From positions 8,372,001 to 8,436,000 of the forward strand of contig CM075993.1 in the NCBI GenBank assembly GCA_038087875.1: a stretch of DNA of 64,000 bases. The letters run 5' to 3'. This DNA comes from Malacoraja senta. Taxonomy: Eukaryota. Positions 49,901-63,279 of the stretch are shown one piece after another. The notes under the pieces were generated by a model. The model did no database searches. It worked only from the letters and a program-made list of their open reading frames with translations, and was not told the origin of the DNA. How positions within the stretch are numbered: the first letter of the stretch is position 1; every line of letters begins with the position of its first letter. The position numbers and the translations under genes were made by a program.

Positions 49901-51444
49901 AATATCGGAGCCTGAAAATGAACGTCCAGGTTCAGGAAAGGCTACTTCCCTTCAGCTAGCAGGATATCAAACACTACAAACTACAAATAAGCGCAACTAC
50001 ACAGACGTGGGGGCATTGGTTTTGTGTTTTTGCCCTATTATTTTGTTTGTTTTATATGCGTGTATCTATATGTGTAAATATGCTGAACTGTTTTTCGTTT
50101 ATTATATCGTTTGCAGAGTACTATGTTTACATATTCTGTTGTGCTGCTGCAAGTAAGAATTCCATTATTCTGTTTGGGACATATGACAATAAAACACTCT
50201 TGACTCTTGATGTCGTACGGTCTTGTGGTCTTCTGGATTTGGGAATTGGAGGCTTTCAAAGGGCCCATGTTGTGTTCAGTATTTGGTGGCAGGTAGAACG
50301 CATTGACATCTTTTGGCTCTGGATCAGAAGAACTCATCGATGCAATTATTCTGTTGCCAACCCAGGCGCAAATTGTTTGCTTCAATAACAAACTGCTTTG
50401 TGACCATATGCAAAAACCAGTCTGACAAGGCAGTATGTGCATGGATAGAAATTGAGGTGCAGTATCTCCAAGTTCATTGAGAATGGTAATGATGATCACA
50501 CTCTCCTTAGCAAATGTGGATTCTCAATGGATACCCTGCATCTCAAGCTTTTTATTCTGAACATTTGAGAATGATGTTAGCAGAAAAAGAGTTAATACGG
50601 CACAAATGATTAGATTTTCTAACCTTTAGCCCGAGGATATTGCAAAACAGCATTGCATCGTAATCTTGCTGAAATCCCACTGTGCTACTTCATTTCCTGA
50701 TACTTGAGATGAAGTTTTTATATGCCACTTATTGACTGGAACACACTACAAAATTGGAAGTGTGCATGTTGTTTTCAATGTAAAAGTTGTTTCCTTGTAA
50801 TTCCCAGCAGGGATGTTGAGTCACAGAGGAAAGGACAGGCCATTTCCCCCACCAAATCCATGTGGGACCCAACCCCATCTCATCTCATCTTCCAGCATTT
50901 GGCCAGAGCGTATACCCAAACGATTCAAGTGCTCGTCCAGGCACTTAAAATATGTAGGAAGGAACTGCAATAGACACAAAATGCTGATGTAACTCAGTAA
51001 CATAGGCAGCATCTCTGGACCCTTTTCAGATCGCAACATCACCCATTCCTTCTCCAGAGATGCTGCCTGTTCCGCTGTTATTACAACATTTTGTGTCTAT
51101 CTCACTTCTTAAAATAGTTCCAGCTTCAATTTATTCCGAACCAGATGTCAGTTTCAAAGGATGAATAACCAACATCCCGAGGACACAGCGACATGAATAA
51201 CGTGACAGTTAAAATTAGCTTACCAATGACAGTTTGTTTAGTTGCAGTAGCCTGTAGCTGATGGAACCAAGGTCAAATATGATGGGCTCTGTAATGAATC
51301 TGATTTTAAGTGCAGTATTATATGTGGGCTTATTTTCAACTAAGAACCACAATGCAATGAAGAAACTAAACCGTGGGCAAATGACTCGCCTAATCCTTAA
51401 AATTGTTTTGTATCTGGAGCAAAGCATAATGGAATAAGGCATAG

Positions 51445-52450
51445 CAAAGTGTATGATCATGCACTTTGGTAGAAGGAATAAAAGCATAGACTACATTCCA
51501 AATGGGGGGAGGAATCAGAAAACAAGAGGTGCAAGGAGACTGGTGCACGATCCCCTAAAGATTAATTTGCAGGTTGAGTCAGTGGTAAAGAAGGCAAGTG
51601 CAATGTTGGCATTCATTTCGAGAGGACAAGAATATAAAAGCAAGGATGTCATGCGGAGGCTTTATCAGGCGCTGGTCAGACCGCATTTGGAGTATTGTGA
51701 GCAGTTTTGGGTCCTATATCCGAGCAAGAATGTGCAGGTTTTGGAGCGGGTCCAGAGGAGGTTTACAAGAATGATCCTGTGGATTTATGGGGTAACAAAT
51801 GAGGAGCGTTTGAAGGCTCTGGGCCTGTACTTGCTGGAGTTTAGAAGGAGGATTCTGTGATTCAATGATTCACTATGTGATGGGGGATCGTATTGAAACC
51901 TGGATGGAGGCCTGGATAGAGTGAATGTGGAAAGGATGTTGCCAGTAATGGGAGAGTCTAGTAACAGAGGGCACAGCCTCAAAATAAATGGATCTACCTT
52001 CAAAATGGAAATGAGAAGGAATTTCTTTAGACAGAGGATGGTGAATCTGTGGAAGTCATTGCCACAGACAACTGTGGAGGCCAAGCCATTGGGTATTTTT
52101 ATGGTGAAGATTGATAGGTTCTTGATTAGCAAGGGTGTCAATGGTTACGGGAAGAAGGCAGGAGAATGGGGTGGGAGGGAAACGGATCAACCATGATTGA
52201 ATGTTTAAGAAGGAACTGCAGATGCTGGAAAATCAAAGGTAGACAAAAATGCTGGAGAAACTCAGCGGGTGAGGCAGCTTCTATGGAGCGAAGGAAATAG
52301 GTGATGTTTCCAACGTCTCCTATTTCCTTCGCTCCATAGATGCTGCCTCACCCGCTGAGTTTCTCCAGCATTTTTGTCCACCATGATTGAATGGTGGGAG
52401 TAGACTTGATGCGCTGAAAGGCAAAATTCTGCTCCTGTGTTTTACTTCTT
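51445..52450 (+). mobile_element. CR1-like LINE 3' part with a pLTR fold-back (52204-52379) inserted in its tail
   Basis: MHFGRRN..RLYQALVRPHLEYCEQFW..LERVQRRFTRMI..RGHSLKI..RRNFF. The insertion has 14-bp TSD ACCATGATTGAATG. Confidence 0.85.
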
Positions 52451-53114
52451 ATAAAATCTGCTGCAAGACAGTTTATATCATTCTAGATCTTTCATTGAGT
52501 TAAATGATTGAGTTACAACAAGGAAAGGAATGGAATGAGGAAGTGGGAGGATCTGCACAATTCCAGTGAAAGAATCTGGAAATGAATCTGTGAAAACTCC
52601 CTAAAGACAGTGAACTAAGTGTTGGGATTTCTGAAAAAAAATGTTCTCCTGCAGCTGAATAAATAACATTGTTAACAAAATCCTCGCATGTGTCCATGAT
52701 GGGGTAGTTCCAATTATCATTCTACTGCAGGTTCTGGTTTATTCAGGGCTAGTAATATTTAATATTTAAGTTTAGTCTGTTCTTATTTGTATCTCTCCCT
52801 CTCCACAAACTTTCCCAAATACAGTCATTTGAAGAGCACTTTTGTCTCAAAGTATAAATTTAGGACACATTTATAAGCCCAGGAACTTCAAATACAAGAA
52901 TATGATTATTAAATTTTACGGTCCATTTAGATGCATGTATAATGCAGGAGATTATAAACTTAAAAGGCATTTCCAACCCTTGAATTTCACTTCAGGGGTT
53001 CAAATTGCTTTGTGCTGAATGTTTAACAACAGCAGCGAACTATCCAGTGACTTTCTCCATCCTTGAAGAATAGTTTCGCAAGGATTTTCATTTTCAGTCG
53101 TTTCCAAGCGAGCT

Positions 53115-53930
53115 AAGAAATAGGAACTGAAGGATGCCATTCATCCTCTCAAGCTTGCTCTGCCACTAATAACGTCATGGCTGATCTAGCTATCCTCAAG
53201 TGCTCCATACTGATTTATATTAACAACCCTTGATTCCCTCCCTGATTAAAATTCTAATTATTCCGGGTATGAATATATTCAAGGGTTCAGCCTCCTTAGT
53301 TTTCTGGATCAAAGAGTACAAAATCAGTCCTTTGATAGAACAAACTCTTTTAATCTTGATGCCTCTTTATTGTGAGACTGTGTTATCTGGTCCTGTATTC
53401 TGCCGTGAGAGCTAACATCCTCCCAGCATTTTACCCCTGCTGTGATACCCCTGAAGAATCTTGCATGTTTCTGTAATGTTGCCTCTCATTCTTCGGACTT
53501 CAGTGAGTGCAGACCCACCTGTTCAATCTTTCCTCGTACGATAATCCCTCTTTTCCTAAATCATCCCAGTGCATCATCCCTACCTCCAAAGATCATGCAT
53601 CTTTGAAAAGACAGCCGGACCTTTTTCCCAGCACGTTATTGTCAAAGACTAGAGGGCATAGCTTTAAGATAAGGAGGACAACGTTTAAAGGAGATGTGAG
53701 GGGCAAATTTTAGTTTTAAACCCAGGGTGATGAGTGCCTGGAAAGAGATGCCAGAGTAGTGATGGGGGCAGATCTGATAGTGGTATTTAAGAGGCTTTTA
53801 AATAGGCACATGATATGGAGAAATATGAATCACGTGCAGGCAGACGAGATTAGTGTACCTTGGCATCATGTTCATCACAGACGTTGGACCGAAGGGCCTG
53901 CTCCTGTACTGTATTTTTTATGTTCTATCT
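53115..53930. mobile_element. CR1-like fragments (minus to ~53600, plus after)
   Basis: Antisense tail at 53115; TRGHSFKIR..FKGDVRGKF on the plus strand. Confidence 0.6.
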
Positions 53931-54079
53931 TTCTTTAAATGAAGGGAACTGTACAGAGGACTTTGGATTTGGTCTTGTTCGTGACCTATACTGGTCTAGT
54001 AAGACTTCCCTACTTCTATGTTCAAACACTCTTGAAATAAAAGGCAACGTTTCATTAGTCTCCCTGTGTTACCCGGAGT

Positions 54080-54914
54080 GCGGCGGCGCGGATTACTGCA
54101 GCGGCCCCTACCTGTCTTTTTTTTATTTTTGTCTAGTTAAATGTAGTTGTTTGTGGGTTTTTTTGTACTGTTTTAATTGTGTATATGTGGGGGGAGGGGG
54201 AAACTTTAAAAAAATCTATTCCCTGCACGGGAGACCCGACCTTTTCCCTGTCGGGTCTCCGTTGTCGTTGGGGCCTAGCTCCGTGGAGCCGCCTCCGACC
54301 GGGACGACCTGGGGGCTCCAGTCACGGAGCCTGTGGAGCTGCGGACTTACCATCGTGGGGCTGGCCGTCCTCGGAGCGTGAGGAGCGGTGGTGACTCGTT
54401 GCTGCTCACTCCGGAGCTCCAGCTGCAGCTGCAGACCCGTGGACTGTGACATCGGGGGCTCGCGGGTCCGGGTGAGAGACCGCTTTCCGGAGCTCCCGCA
54501 ACGCAACTTCTCCAGCTCGAGTCGCGGGGTTGGAACGACCCGGAGCGGGGCCGTAAATCGCCCGGCGCGGCTTTAATGTTAAAGCCGCGGGACATTCCAG
54601 CGCCTGCCGGGGCTCCAACTTTGTGACTTTTGGGCCCTGAGCGAAGCTGTATACCACCCGGCGCGGCCTCAACGGCCGTGGGACTTAACATTGCCCGCCT
54701 GGGGCTTCAACATCGGGAGAAAAATGGTGCAGGGGAGAGAAATGACTTTACCTTCCATCACAGTGAGGAGACGATTCACTGTGATGGATGTTTTTCTGTT
54801 AATTGAATTGTTTGTGTGTCGTGTAAGAATTGTTTTGTTTGTATGGCTGTGGAAACGGAGTTTCGTTTGAGCCTCTTTGAGGTTCAAATGACAAGAAATA
54901 AAATCAAATCAAAT
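54080..54914 (+). mobile_element. GC-rich non-coding retroposon (element B) with Rex1-like tail
   Basis: CpG-rich body with two perfect hairpins; ends GTTTCGTTTGAGCC..AATGACAAGAAATAAA(ATCAA)n. Confidence 0.6.
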
Positions 54915-55975
54915 TATCTGTGTCATCAGTTTTCAAGATCTGTGTTTCATGTGTAGGGACCTTTGTATCCCTTTGCCCTGCAGGGATCTGATTTTAAATC
55001 ATCTGTTCCTAAGTTAAAACTCTGTTTCCGCATTATATTTCACTTGCCATCTTTCTGCTCTCTCAGTTAACCTATCAATATTGCTGTGTAAACTGTTTGC
55101 ATGTAAACGACAAGCCCCGGAGTGCTTTGTAAATGGCCAAGTTTTGTTATCATAAAAAATATTTCATTGTCAAACCACATGTGTTGGCAGCTGTGGGCTG
55201 CTATTTTGGGTCGGTCAAACCAGCTGTGACTGGGAGCATTCTCATGCAACATATCGCTTACATTTGTTGGAACAAAGAAAAAGAGAAAATCTACAACTTT
55301 TAGGAGTGTAACAATTTGCATTTCAAAAAGTACAGTTTTGATCGTTGTAATTTGTGGGAATTTCTGTGACCCAAAAATAATGTCTCTTAACCCTCTTGAT
55401 TTGTTTTTGTGTTCAGTTGCTGTCTTCTCCAACATTTCTTTTCCCTCCAAGCACTTGGATTTCTTGTTACCTCGTAAATCCATGCCCAGCTTTCCTAAAT
55501 CCATGCCCAGCTTTCCTAGAAATCAATGTTTAAAACCCTAAAATGCAGTGTTCGTCCAAACTGTAAATTGTAGATCAGAACTGTAAATCAGAACTGCACA
55601 TGCTGGTTCATATCAAAGACAGACATAAAGTACTGGAATAACTCAGCGGGTCAGGCAGCATTTCTGGAGAAAAAGGATAGGTGACGTTTTGGGTCCCAAT
55701 CCGAAACATCACCTATCCCTTTTCTCCAGAGATGCCGCCTGACCCGCAGAGTTACTGCAGCACTTTGTATAACATTTTCATCATCATAAATGTTTGTCTC
55801 CTTGTCTGGGATGTACCCTGAGCTCCCTGATATACAGAGGCTCTTATTTTAGCACTGCCTTGATATTAACATTCTCGTTCTCATCATCAAAATCCTCTGT
55901 AGCAGCACCCCCCCCCCCCTCCCCATCTCAATCGCTGTTGTGTTCTTCAGCCATTTAACCCTCTAGGTTCTTCCA

Positions 55976-56104
55976 TCTGAAGAAGGGACTCAACCCGAAA
56001 CGTCACCTATTCCCTTTCTCCAGAGATGCTGTCTAACCCGCCGAGTTACTCCAGCTTTTTGTGTCTATCCGGTTTAAGCTAGCATCGACAGTTACTTCCA
56101 ACAC
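55976..56104 (+). repeat. pLTR copy with hammerhead core on the ZNF609 sense strand
   Basis: 55977-56004 CTGAAGA A GGG ACTCAA CCC GAAA CG TC. Confidence 0.7.
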
Positions 56105-56785
56105 CACCCTCAAGGTAATCATGCTTGATTTTAATGACTGCATCACTGGTTGCCTTTGGCTGCCATCTCCTTGAGCCCTGGATTATACTCCCTCAACCTC
56201 CCTACCTCCGTAACTCTCTTTCTTTATCGTATTCCTTAAAAATTACCCTTTTGTCGAAGCTTTTGTCCACCTGCCTTCATTTGGCTTTGTGTTTGTCTAC
56301 GTTAATGCTCCTGTGATTTAGAAGTTGAATTAGTGTGGCACCTTCATCATTTAGCATAATTTGGAGAGGGGTGAGAGATGAGGGCAAAGGACACAAAGTT
56401 CCAGCACTTTTCTGTTTTGAGTGCTTCCATTATAGGCAATGAGGTTCAAATATTTTATTGTAAAAGTAATTTTTGTAAGTTGTGTTGCCAACTTTTTGAA
56501 GTGTCAATTTTTGAACATCGTGGATAAAGGCACGTTTTCAACTGGCATCTGGGGTGTTTAAATTCGTTTTACTTAATTAGAGTTTACTAAACTGTTCTTG
56601 ATCTGCTAATTCAGAATCAATGGATTTGGATGTGCTTGCATTGTTTCCATTGTCTTTTGTACATGGGATTGTAAATATTTGTATTGCCCCTTAATTACTT
56701 GCAAAATAATTCTATAACAATATAACATCAGTCTGAAGAGGGGTCTCGACCCGAAACATCGCCAAGGGTCTCGACCCGAAACATC

Positions 56786-57165
56786 GGAGGGAGCGGCTGC
56801 TCCAGACACTTCCAAGCTGCTGAGGACTTTCCACCCGATGCTGGTGTTCCAGCTTCCCGGCAGGTGGGCATACAACATCGGGCTGCCGTTGCGGCGACTG
56901 GCTGCGGAGGCCTCAAATTGGCCCCGACCTCGGGTGGACTAGGAGGAAGAGGAGGAGGACTGGACATTTTGGTGCCTTTCCCTCACAATGGAGAGTGTCG
57001 ACTCTGCTGTGGGGGGATGTTCGTGTTGAATCTCTTATAGTGTGTTGTGTCTTTTTTCTACCTCTTTTTTTCATTTATATGGATAATTTTCTCTGTAAAG
57101 CACTTTGGCTTCATTGATTGAAATTGATTGGAAAGTGCTATATAAATAAATTTACTTTACTTTAT
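56786..57165 (+). mobile_element. Short GC-rich retroposon (element C) with L2-like tail, nested in a pLTR (56729-57222)
   Basis: Tail TGTAAAGCACTTTGG..AAAGTGCTATATAAATAAA(TTTAC)n. The host pLTR resumes at ~57163 and has TSD CTATAACAATA. Confidence 0.6.
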
Positions 57166-58859
57166 TCCTTCGCTCCATAGATGCTGCCTCACCCGCTGAG
57201 TCTCTCCAGGTTTTTTGTCTACCTATAACAATACAAGATATCTGCAGTACGTAGTACACATTTACATGCAGCAAACTCGGGCATTATGAAGGGCAAAGCT
57301 TTAACGCCATTGAAGAATTACAGGTGATGCAGTACTCTTCGTCTGCATAAATGTCTCCAACTTCTAATAACCCTCAAGAAGTTTAATATCGTCCAAAGCA
57401 ATGCAAGGCATTCACCTCTTGATTGATACCATAAATGGAATTTAATTTCTCCACCACCACCACAAACAGTGGCTGCACTGTATGTCAACCTCTGTTGTTC
57501 TTAACCTAGCTTGCTCTGAAGGCATCTCCCAAACACACAATCTCTACGCAAAGAAGGTGTTCAGGCAATGAAGGTTCCTCGCCCTCACAAATGTTAAATA
57601 AATTACTGAGTCACGATCCTGAAATACTTTCCCAACAGGACCTTGGGAAACCCTTCATCAGAAGGGCTGCAGTAGTTCAAGAAGGAAAGGAACCTGAGAG
57701 GCAATTTTTTCACACTGGTATTTGGAACAAGCTGCTAGTGGAGGAGGTTGAGGCAGGTACAATATCAGCATTTAAGAGACATTTGGACAGGTGCATGGAT
57801 AAGAAAGATTTAGAGGAATATGGGCTAAAAGTGGGCAGGTGGGATGAGAGTATACGGGGCATCTTGGTCCCACGGCGTGGGAAAGCTGAGCCAAAAAGCC
57901 TGTTTCTGTGCAATATGACTGACTCAAAGGTGACCCATCGCCATCTTCTCAGAAGTAGTTTGAGTTGGTGAATAAATGATGGCCTTGTCAGTGATAGCCA
58001 GACTATGGTGAAAAAAAATGTTGTCAAGCTTTCTACCATTTCCCGTAAACTAAGACTCTTGAGCCTGGGCGATGCTGCAGAATGAACGAGTTGCAAATGG
58101 GGCTGTGTCCATGGTGATTCTACCTCTTCAGATGATGACCTGATTATACTCCTGCGCTGCTCAGGGAATGTCTGTTTCTAGATTGAAGGTCAAATTTTAT
58201 AACTCGTTATTTTCCGTTGTGTCAGATTGATTACATTAAAACTGAATTATTTCATCTCATGCAAGAAAAAATCCCAAACTTTTGTTGGATCTCAGCAGGT
58301 CAGGCTGCACCTGTGGAGGCAGAGGGATGGTCGGTGTTTCGAGTTGCAACATTGCTTGAGGACTGAGAGTGTATAGATGAGGGGGAGGGGGCGAGGCGGG
58401 CTGGGGCTGGAAAGCGACAGGTGGAACTGGGGAAAGAAGGGGAGAAGGAGGCAGGTGGGGAATGGGGAAGGGCAGGAGTTGGGAGACTATGGGTGAGAGG
58501 CAGAGATGGATAAGGAGAGAGAAAAATAGTGCCGGGGCAGGGAAGGGGGAAGGCAGAGGCACAGACAGAGATTGAAAGGTGATGAATTGGGACAAAGTTG
58601 CCAATGCTGGAATCTGAGCAGTAAGGAAGGAAGGTTTGTTTACCTTCATTATCAATCCCACCCCTCCATCCTCATCTGGTTCCTTCTCTTGCCTGCCAGC
58701 CATTGCCTCTTTCCTCCTGCCTCTCAATGCTAGCTATCTTCCAATACATACTGATGCAGTGCCTCGATCGGAAATGTCGACTATATTTTCGTCTTCAGCA
58801 GTTCTTCAGTTTGTTTTTGTTCCGGGTTACGGCATCTGCAGTCTCGCGTGGCTTCATTT

Positions 58860-59632
58860 TATCATGTTGTACGTCCTTTGTACAAGACGTTGGTGAGGGT
58901 GCATTTGGAGTATCGTAGATAGACATAAAATGCTGGGGTAACTCAATGAGTCAGACAGCATCTCTGGTGAAAAGGAATAGGTGATATTTCGTATCGAGGC
59001 CCTTCCTCAGACTGGGTATGGAGTTTGGAGTGAGTGAGTTTGGATGACTGAGTTTGGAGTATTGTGTGCAGTTGTGGTCATCCTGCTATATTGGAAGGAT
59101 ATGTAGGAATGAACTGCAAATGCTGGTTTAAACCGAAGACACACAATGCTGAAATAACTCAGTGGGACAGGCAGCATCTCTGGAGAAACCTCCCTGAAGA
59201 AGGGTCTTGACCCGAAAAGGTCACCCATTCCTTCTCTCCAGAGATGCTGCCTGTCCCGCTGAGTTTCTCCAGCATTTTGTGTCTATATAAGAAGGATTCT
59301 TGGAGTGCAGGAGGATGAGGGTGATAGTATAGAGGTGTATAAAATCAAAAGTCTTTTACCCAGAATCGTGGAATCAAGGACCAGGGTTTAAGGTGAGAGG
59401 GGATAGATTTAATAGGAACCTGAGGGCCACCTTTTTTCACATAGAGGGTGGTGAGTAGATGGAGTAGCTGCCACATGAGGTGGTTGAGGCAGGTAAGTAA
59501 CAGCATTTAAGAGACATTTGGAGAGATAGATGGACAGGAAAGGTTTAGCGGGATATGGGGCAGGTGGGACTGGTGAAGATGGGGCATCTTGTTGGACAGG
59601 GGCAAGTTGGGCTGTGCTATATGACTATGTGA
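58860..59632 (+). mobile_element. CR1-like LINE interrupted by two pLTR insertions (~58917-59012, ~59102-59285)
   Basis: LYKTLVRVHLEY..CVQLWSSCYWKD remnants, resuming after each insertion. Confidence 0.7.
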
Positions 59633-62237
59633 CTTGGAAATTCTATAAAATTGAAAATCTTTTAATATTATAGCCATTGACGTTCAATAGTATACGCAGA
59701 GTTGGTTACAGGGAATTTGTGGGGCAGGTATTGAGAGTGAAAGTAATTGAATGAGAAGCTTCGACTGGGTAAACAGGAAAGACAATCTGCAGGCGGTGGA
59801 GGTTTTGTGAAAGGAGGAACCTTTGAGACCAGGGCAGGTGCGGTCAAGCGTTGAAACCACAGTCATCTCATTTTAAACTTTCTGATGAGCCTGGGTTTGT
59901 GGTGTCACTTACAGTAACGGGTGACAGACGCTAATGTTTCTGCTGCGTCGGAAGGCCAATTGAAATCCAATAAAGGATTGGATGTACTGGTATTGTGCGT
60001 GGTGGTATAGTTAAAAACGTTGTTATCCCAGAATGTGGCGAAACACTGACTTCCTGCGTGCTTCAGTTGAAATTTGTTCCAACAGCAGAACAGAAACAGC
60101 CTGTGTGGCTTTTAAACGTAACCAGAAGAGCAAATGTGCTGATGTTATTTATTTATTGTGGCTGATCTTCTCGATGGGGGTTGTGGATGGGGACCTGTTA
60201 CTTGAGAGCTGTGCTGTTTCCCTGTAAATGGACACAAAATGCCAGAGTAACTCAGCGGGACAGGCAACGTCTCTGGATAGGGTGTTGAGACCCGAAACGT
60301 CACCCATTCCTTCTACCCAGAGATGCTGCTGGTCCCGCGGACTTACTCCAGCATTTTGTGTCGATCTTCGGTGTAAACTAGCATCTGCAGTTCCTTCCCA
60401 CACTGTTTTTCTGTAACCTATATGCTGTGTAAATGTCATCATAATATTGGCCCTCTTAAAGTAAGCTGCTGGATTCATGCCGTTTGCACTGTAATTCCAC
60501 ACCTCTATCCCTGCTGTTTCCTCCTTGATCGAATGCAAGCAATTGAAAAAAGTAATTTTATGGATGGCCACCACTTTGCGAAGCGACAGTTATTTCACAA
60601 TGAGATGATCTGCACACTGTACAGCTGTGGTGCAGGCTCACTGCGTGTAAGATAATCCTGCTGTGGCTACAGGCTCCTGACTTATTTGTCCTTCGTACCC
60701 ACGTTGATCTCTATTACATGGAAGAAACTGAATAATCCTGCATTTCACCTCGAATGAGTAGGTGTCATTTTGAGAGCCAACACCACAACCCGATACCACG
60801 CAGATGCCCGTATCACTGCAGGATAAAAGGGAAGTGTTGTCAGGTTGTTCGTTGAACGGACTATTGTTCAGGTCATGGTGCGGTGATTCAGTTTCAGCAG
60901 GTGGAAACGGCGTATCATTGTGCAGGCACATTGATGATGTGTCTGGGTTTGGAAGCTGCCTTGAATAAAGCGAATCACCATTCCAACATTGGTGGATGGT
61001 CGACAGATTTTCTCTGTCATGCATGGAGATTAGGCTGACACCAAAGATGGATCTTTCATTCATTTGTTCTTTGTACCTTTTCGCATCCCTTGTTTCCCTC
61101 TCCCCCTGACTCTGTCTAAAAAAGGGTCTTGACTTGAAACGTCACCTATTCCTTTCCTCCAGAGATGCTGCCTGACTCACTGGGTTACTCGAGCATTTTG
61201 TGTCCATCTTCTCTGCAAAGAATCCCTTGTCTGCATTTCAGTGGATTTCAGTTTTCTGTCATTTTCTCATTTGTTGCTGGCATTCTTGTTTACAAACCTC
61301 TTGTTGTTTGTTGAGTAAAGAAACTGTTTGTGGTAAAGTACATTGATAGCCATCAGTCCAATTCAACCCCACCTCCATGCCTCAGGCAGTTTGTATGATC
61401 TGTGCCGAATATGCAAACTGAGTTCATGGCTGTAAATCGGTTGAATTCTGCCTGAGCATAGGATTTATGTTCAGTGGTGTCCCATTGCATCTATTCTGCT
61501 TCTATTCAATCGCTTTGCTTAGGAAGTAAAATTATCTTGTGGCTTATACAGCAATTTTGCTTTCACTTCAAGTTGGCTTTCCATTCAAAGTGATTCTGAT
61601 GTCTGGAGTACGATTTCACAACAGGAACTTTTACAGTCAAGATTGTTTTATTGTCAGATGTCCCAGGTAGAACAAAAACATTGTTACTTGCAGCAGTGCA
61701 ACAGAATATGTAAACATAGTACACTGTAAACAATATGATAAATGAGAATCTCACACACACAGACACGCACACACACACGCACACGCACACGCACACGCGC
61801 ACACACACACACACACACACACACGGAAAGTAAGTGGAAAGTTTGTTGCTTGGATTTGACACAACTGCAATAGAGTTGTCAGTATGATAAGCTTAAAAGG
61901 TGCCCGTGGTTTATTCTGACTTTATGGGCATTTGTTGAATGCCGCATTGCTCACCAACCCCATTCCGCCAACCTGTTTGAATATTATAATCGGCAAATGT
62001 TGTACTTTCTTCACTATAGTACAGAGTTAGGAGGCACTGGAGAACATGCAGAAACAGGACGAAACTGGCAGGCAACAGATTACCTCTGGCAGGGAGATTC
62101 CCTGATAGGCCGATTGTTGGTAAAGGATGGTGTGGTCTCAAGAGGGGATACATCATTGCAAATTGTGGAACGTTAACCTGCTTAAGTGGGGGAGGTGGGT
62201 GGGGAGAAGAGGATGGGGGAGGAGAGTGTATGTTAAA

Positions 62238-62368
62238 GTTACCTAAAATTAGAGAATTCAACTCTCATACCGCTGGGTTGTAAACTACCCAAGCGAAATA
62301 TGAGATGCTGTTCCTCCAATCTGTGGGTGGCCTCACTCTGGCAATGGAGGAGGCCCAGGATAGAAAGG
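62238..62368 (-). mobile_element. Penelope-like 3' fragment
   Basis: LSILGLLHCQSEATHRLEEQHLIFRLGSLQPSGMRVEFSNFR on the minus strand. Confidence 0.75.
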
Positions 62369-63279
62369 TTACTTTGTTTGGTATGGTTTTACCTTAATGG
62401 TTTGGCCAGAAAGAAGGAGCGACTTCTCCCGCGGGGTGTTGCTGCTTGTTTGCCGGCTCAAGGAAGTGGTTGGAGCAATGAAATGACTGGTTCTTCCTTC
62501 CCTTTCATTGACCATGGAGGGGAATCTTTAAGCTTCAGTGTACATCCAAGCACCGCAATGCTATCCATCAGAAAAAAGAACATCATCCCCTTAAAAGAAA
62601 TGATTCAGGTGTGATTCCAGCTTCAACTATTTGGTGTCTACTTTATATTTGTGTGTTTTCATTTACTTTTGTCACTTTTTGTGGGTGGTGAATCATTTCC
62701 TGATAGACTGGATTTCTGATCTGCAGGATGTTGGTTTGGTATTCTATTCTATGGCACTCTGCTTCTCCGCATGAATCTGTCTCTCCACCTCTTAGGTGCT
62801 CATCCATCTTCTCCAGAGATGTTGCCTGACCAGCTGAGATACCACTGCTCTTTGTGTCTTTTTTGTGAAGCAGCATATTCAGTTCCTTGTGTCTACATTT
62901 TGTGAGCCCTGCATTGAACAAAATTGTAAGTCAAGGCTGAAGGGGTGAAGAGGCACATCTTTGGATGTGCGCACCTCAGATGCAACGAGGAGAGTCCATG
63001 CACAGAAGTTTGCCATTTTCAGCTTAGAATTTGTTCCTTGTGTTCTCACTTGCGATTTATCAGCTCTCAGTCCCCTTAATTTTTCCAATCATTTCTCAAA
63101 GTGAGTGCTAATCTCCTTCAGCCCATTCTCTGTATACATAAGATAGACACAAAATGCTGGGGTAACTCAGCGGGACAGTCAGCATCTCTGGATAGAAGGA
63201 ATAGGTGACGTATCGGGTCGAGACCCTTCTTCAGACTCTGAAGGAATGGGTGACGTTTCGGGTTGAAACTTCTCTACGC

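Noticed and set aside
55475..55520. 21-bp tandem duplication TAAATCCATGCCCAGCTTTCC
   Set aside because: Isolated two-copy slippage with no sign of function.
2996..63270. CRISPR-like interpretation of the recurring palindromic GGGTCTCGACCC repeat
   Set aside because: Dispersed, in both orientations, with no regular spacers, in a vertebrate intron; explained as hammerhead helix II of the pLTR.
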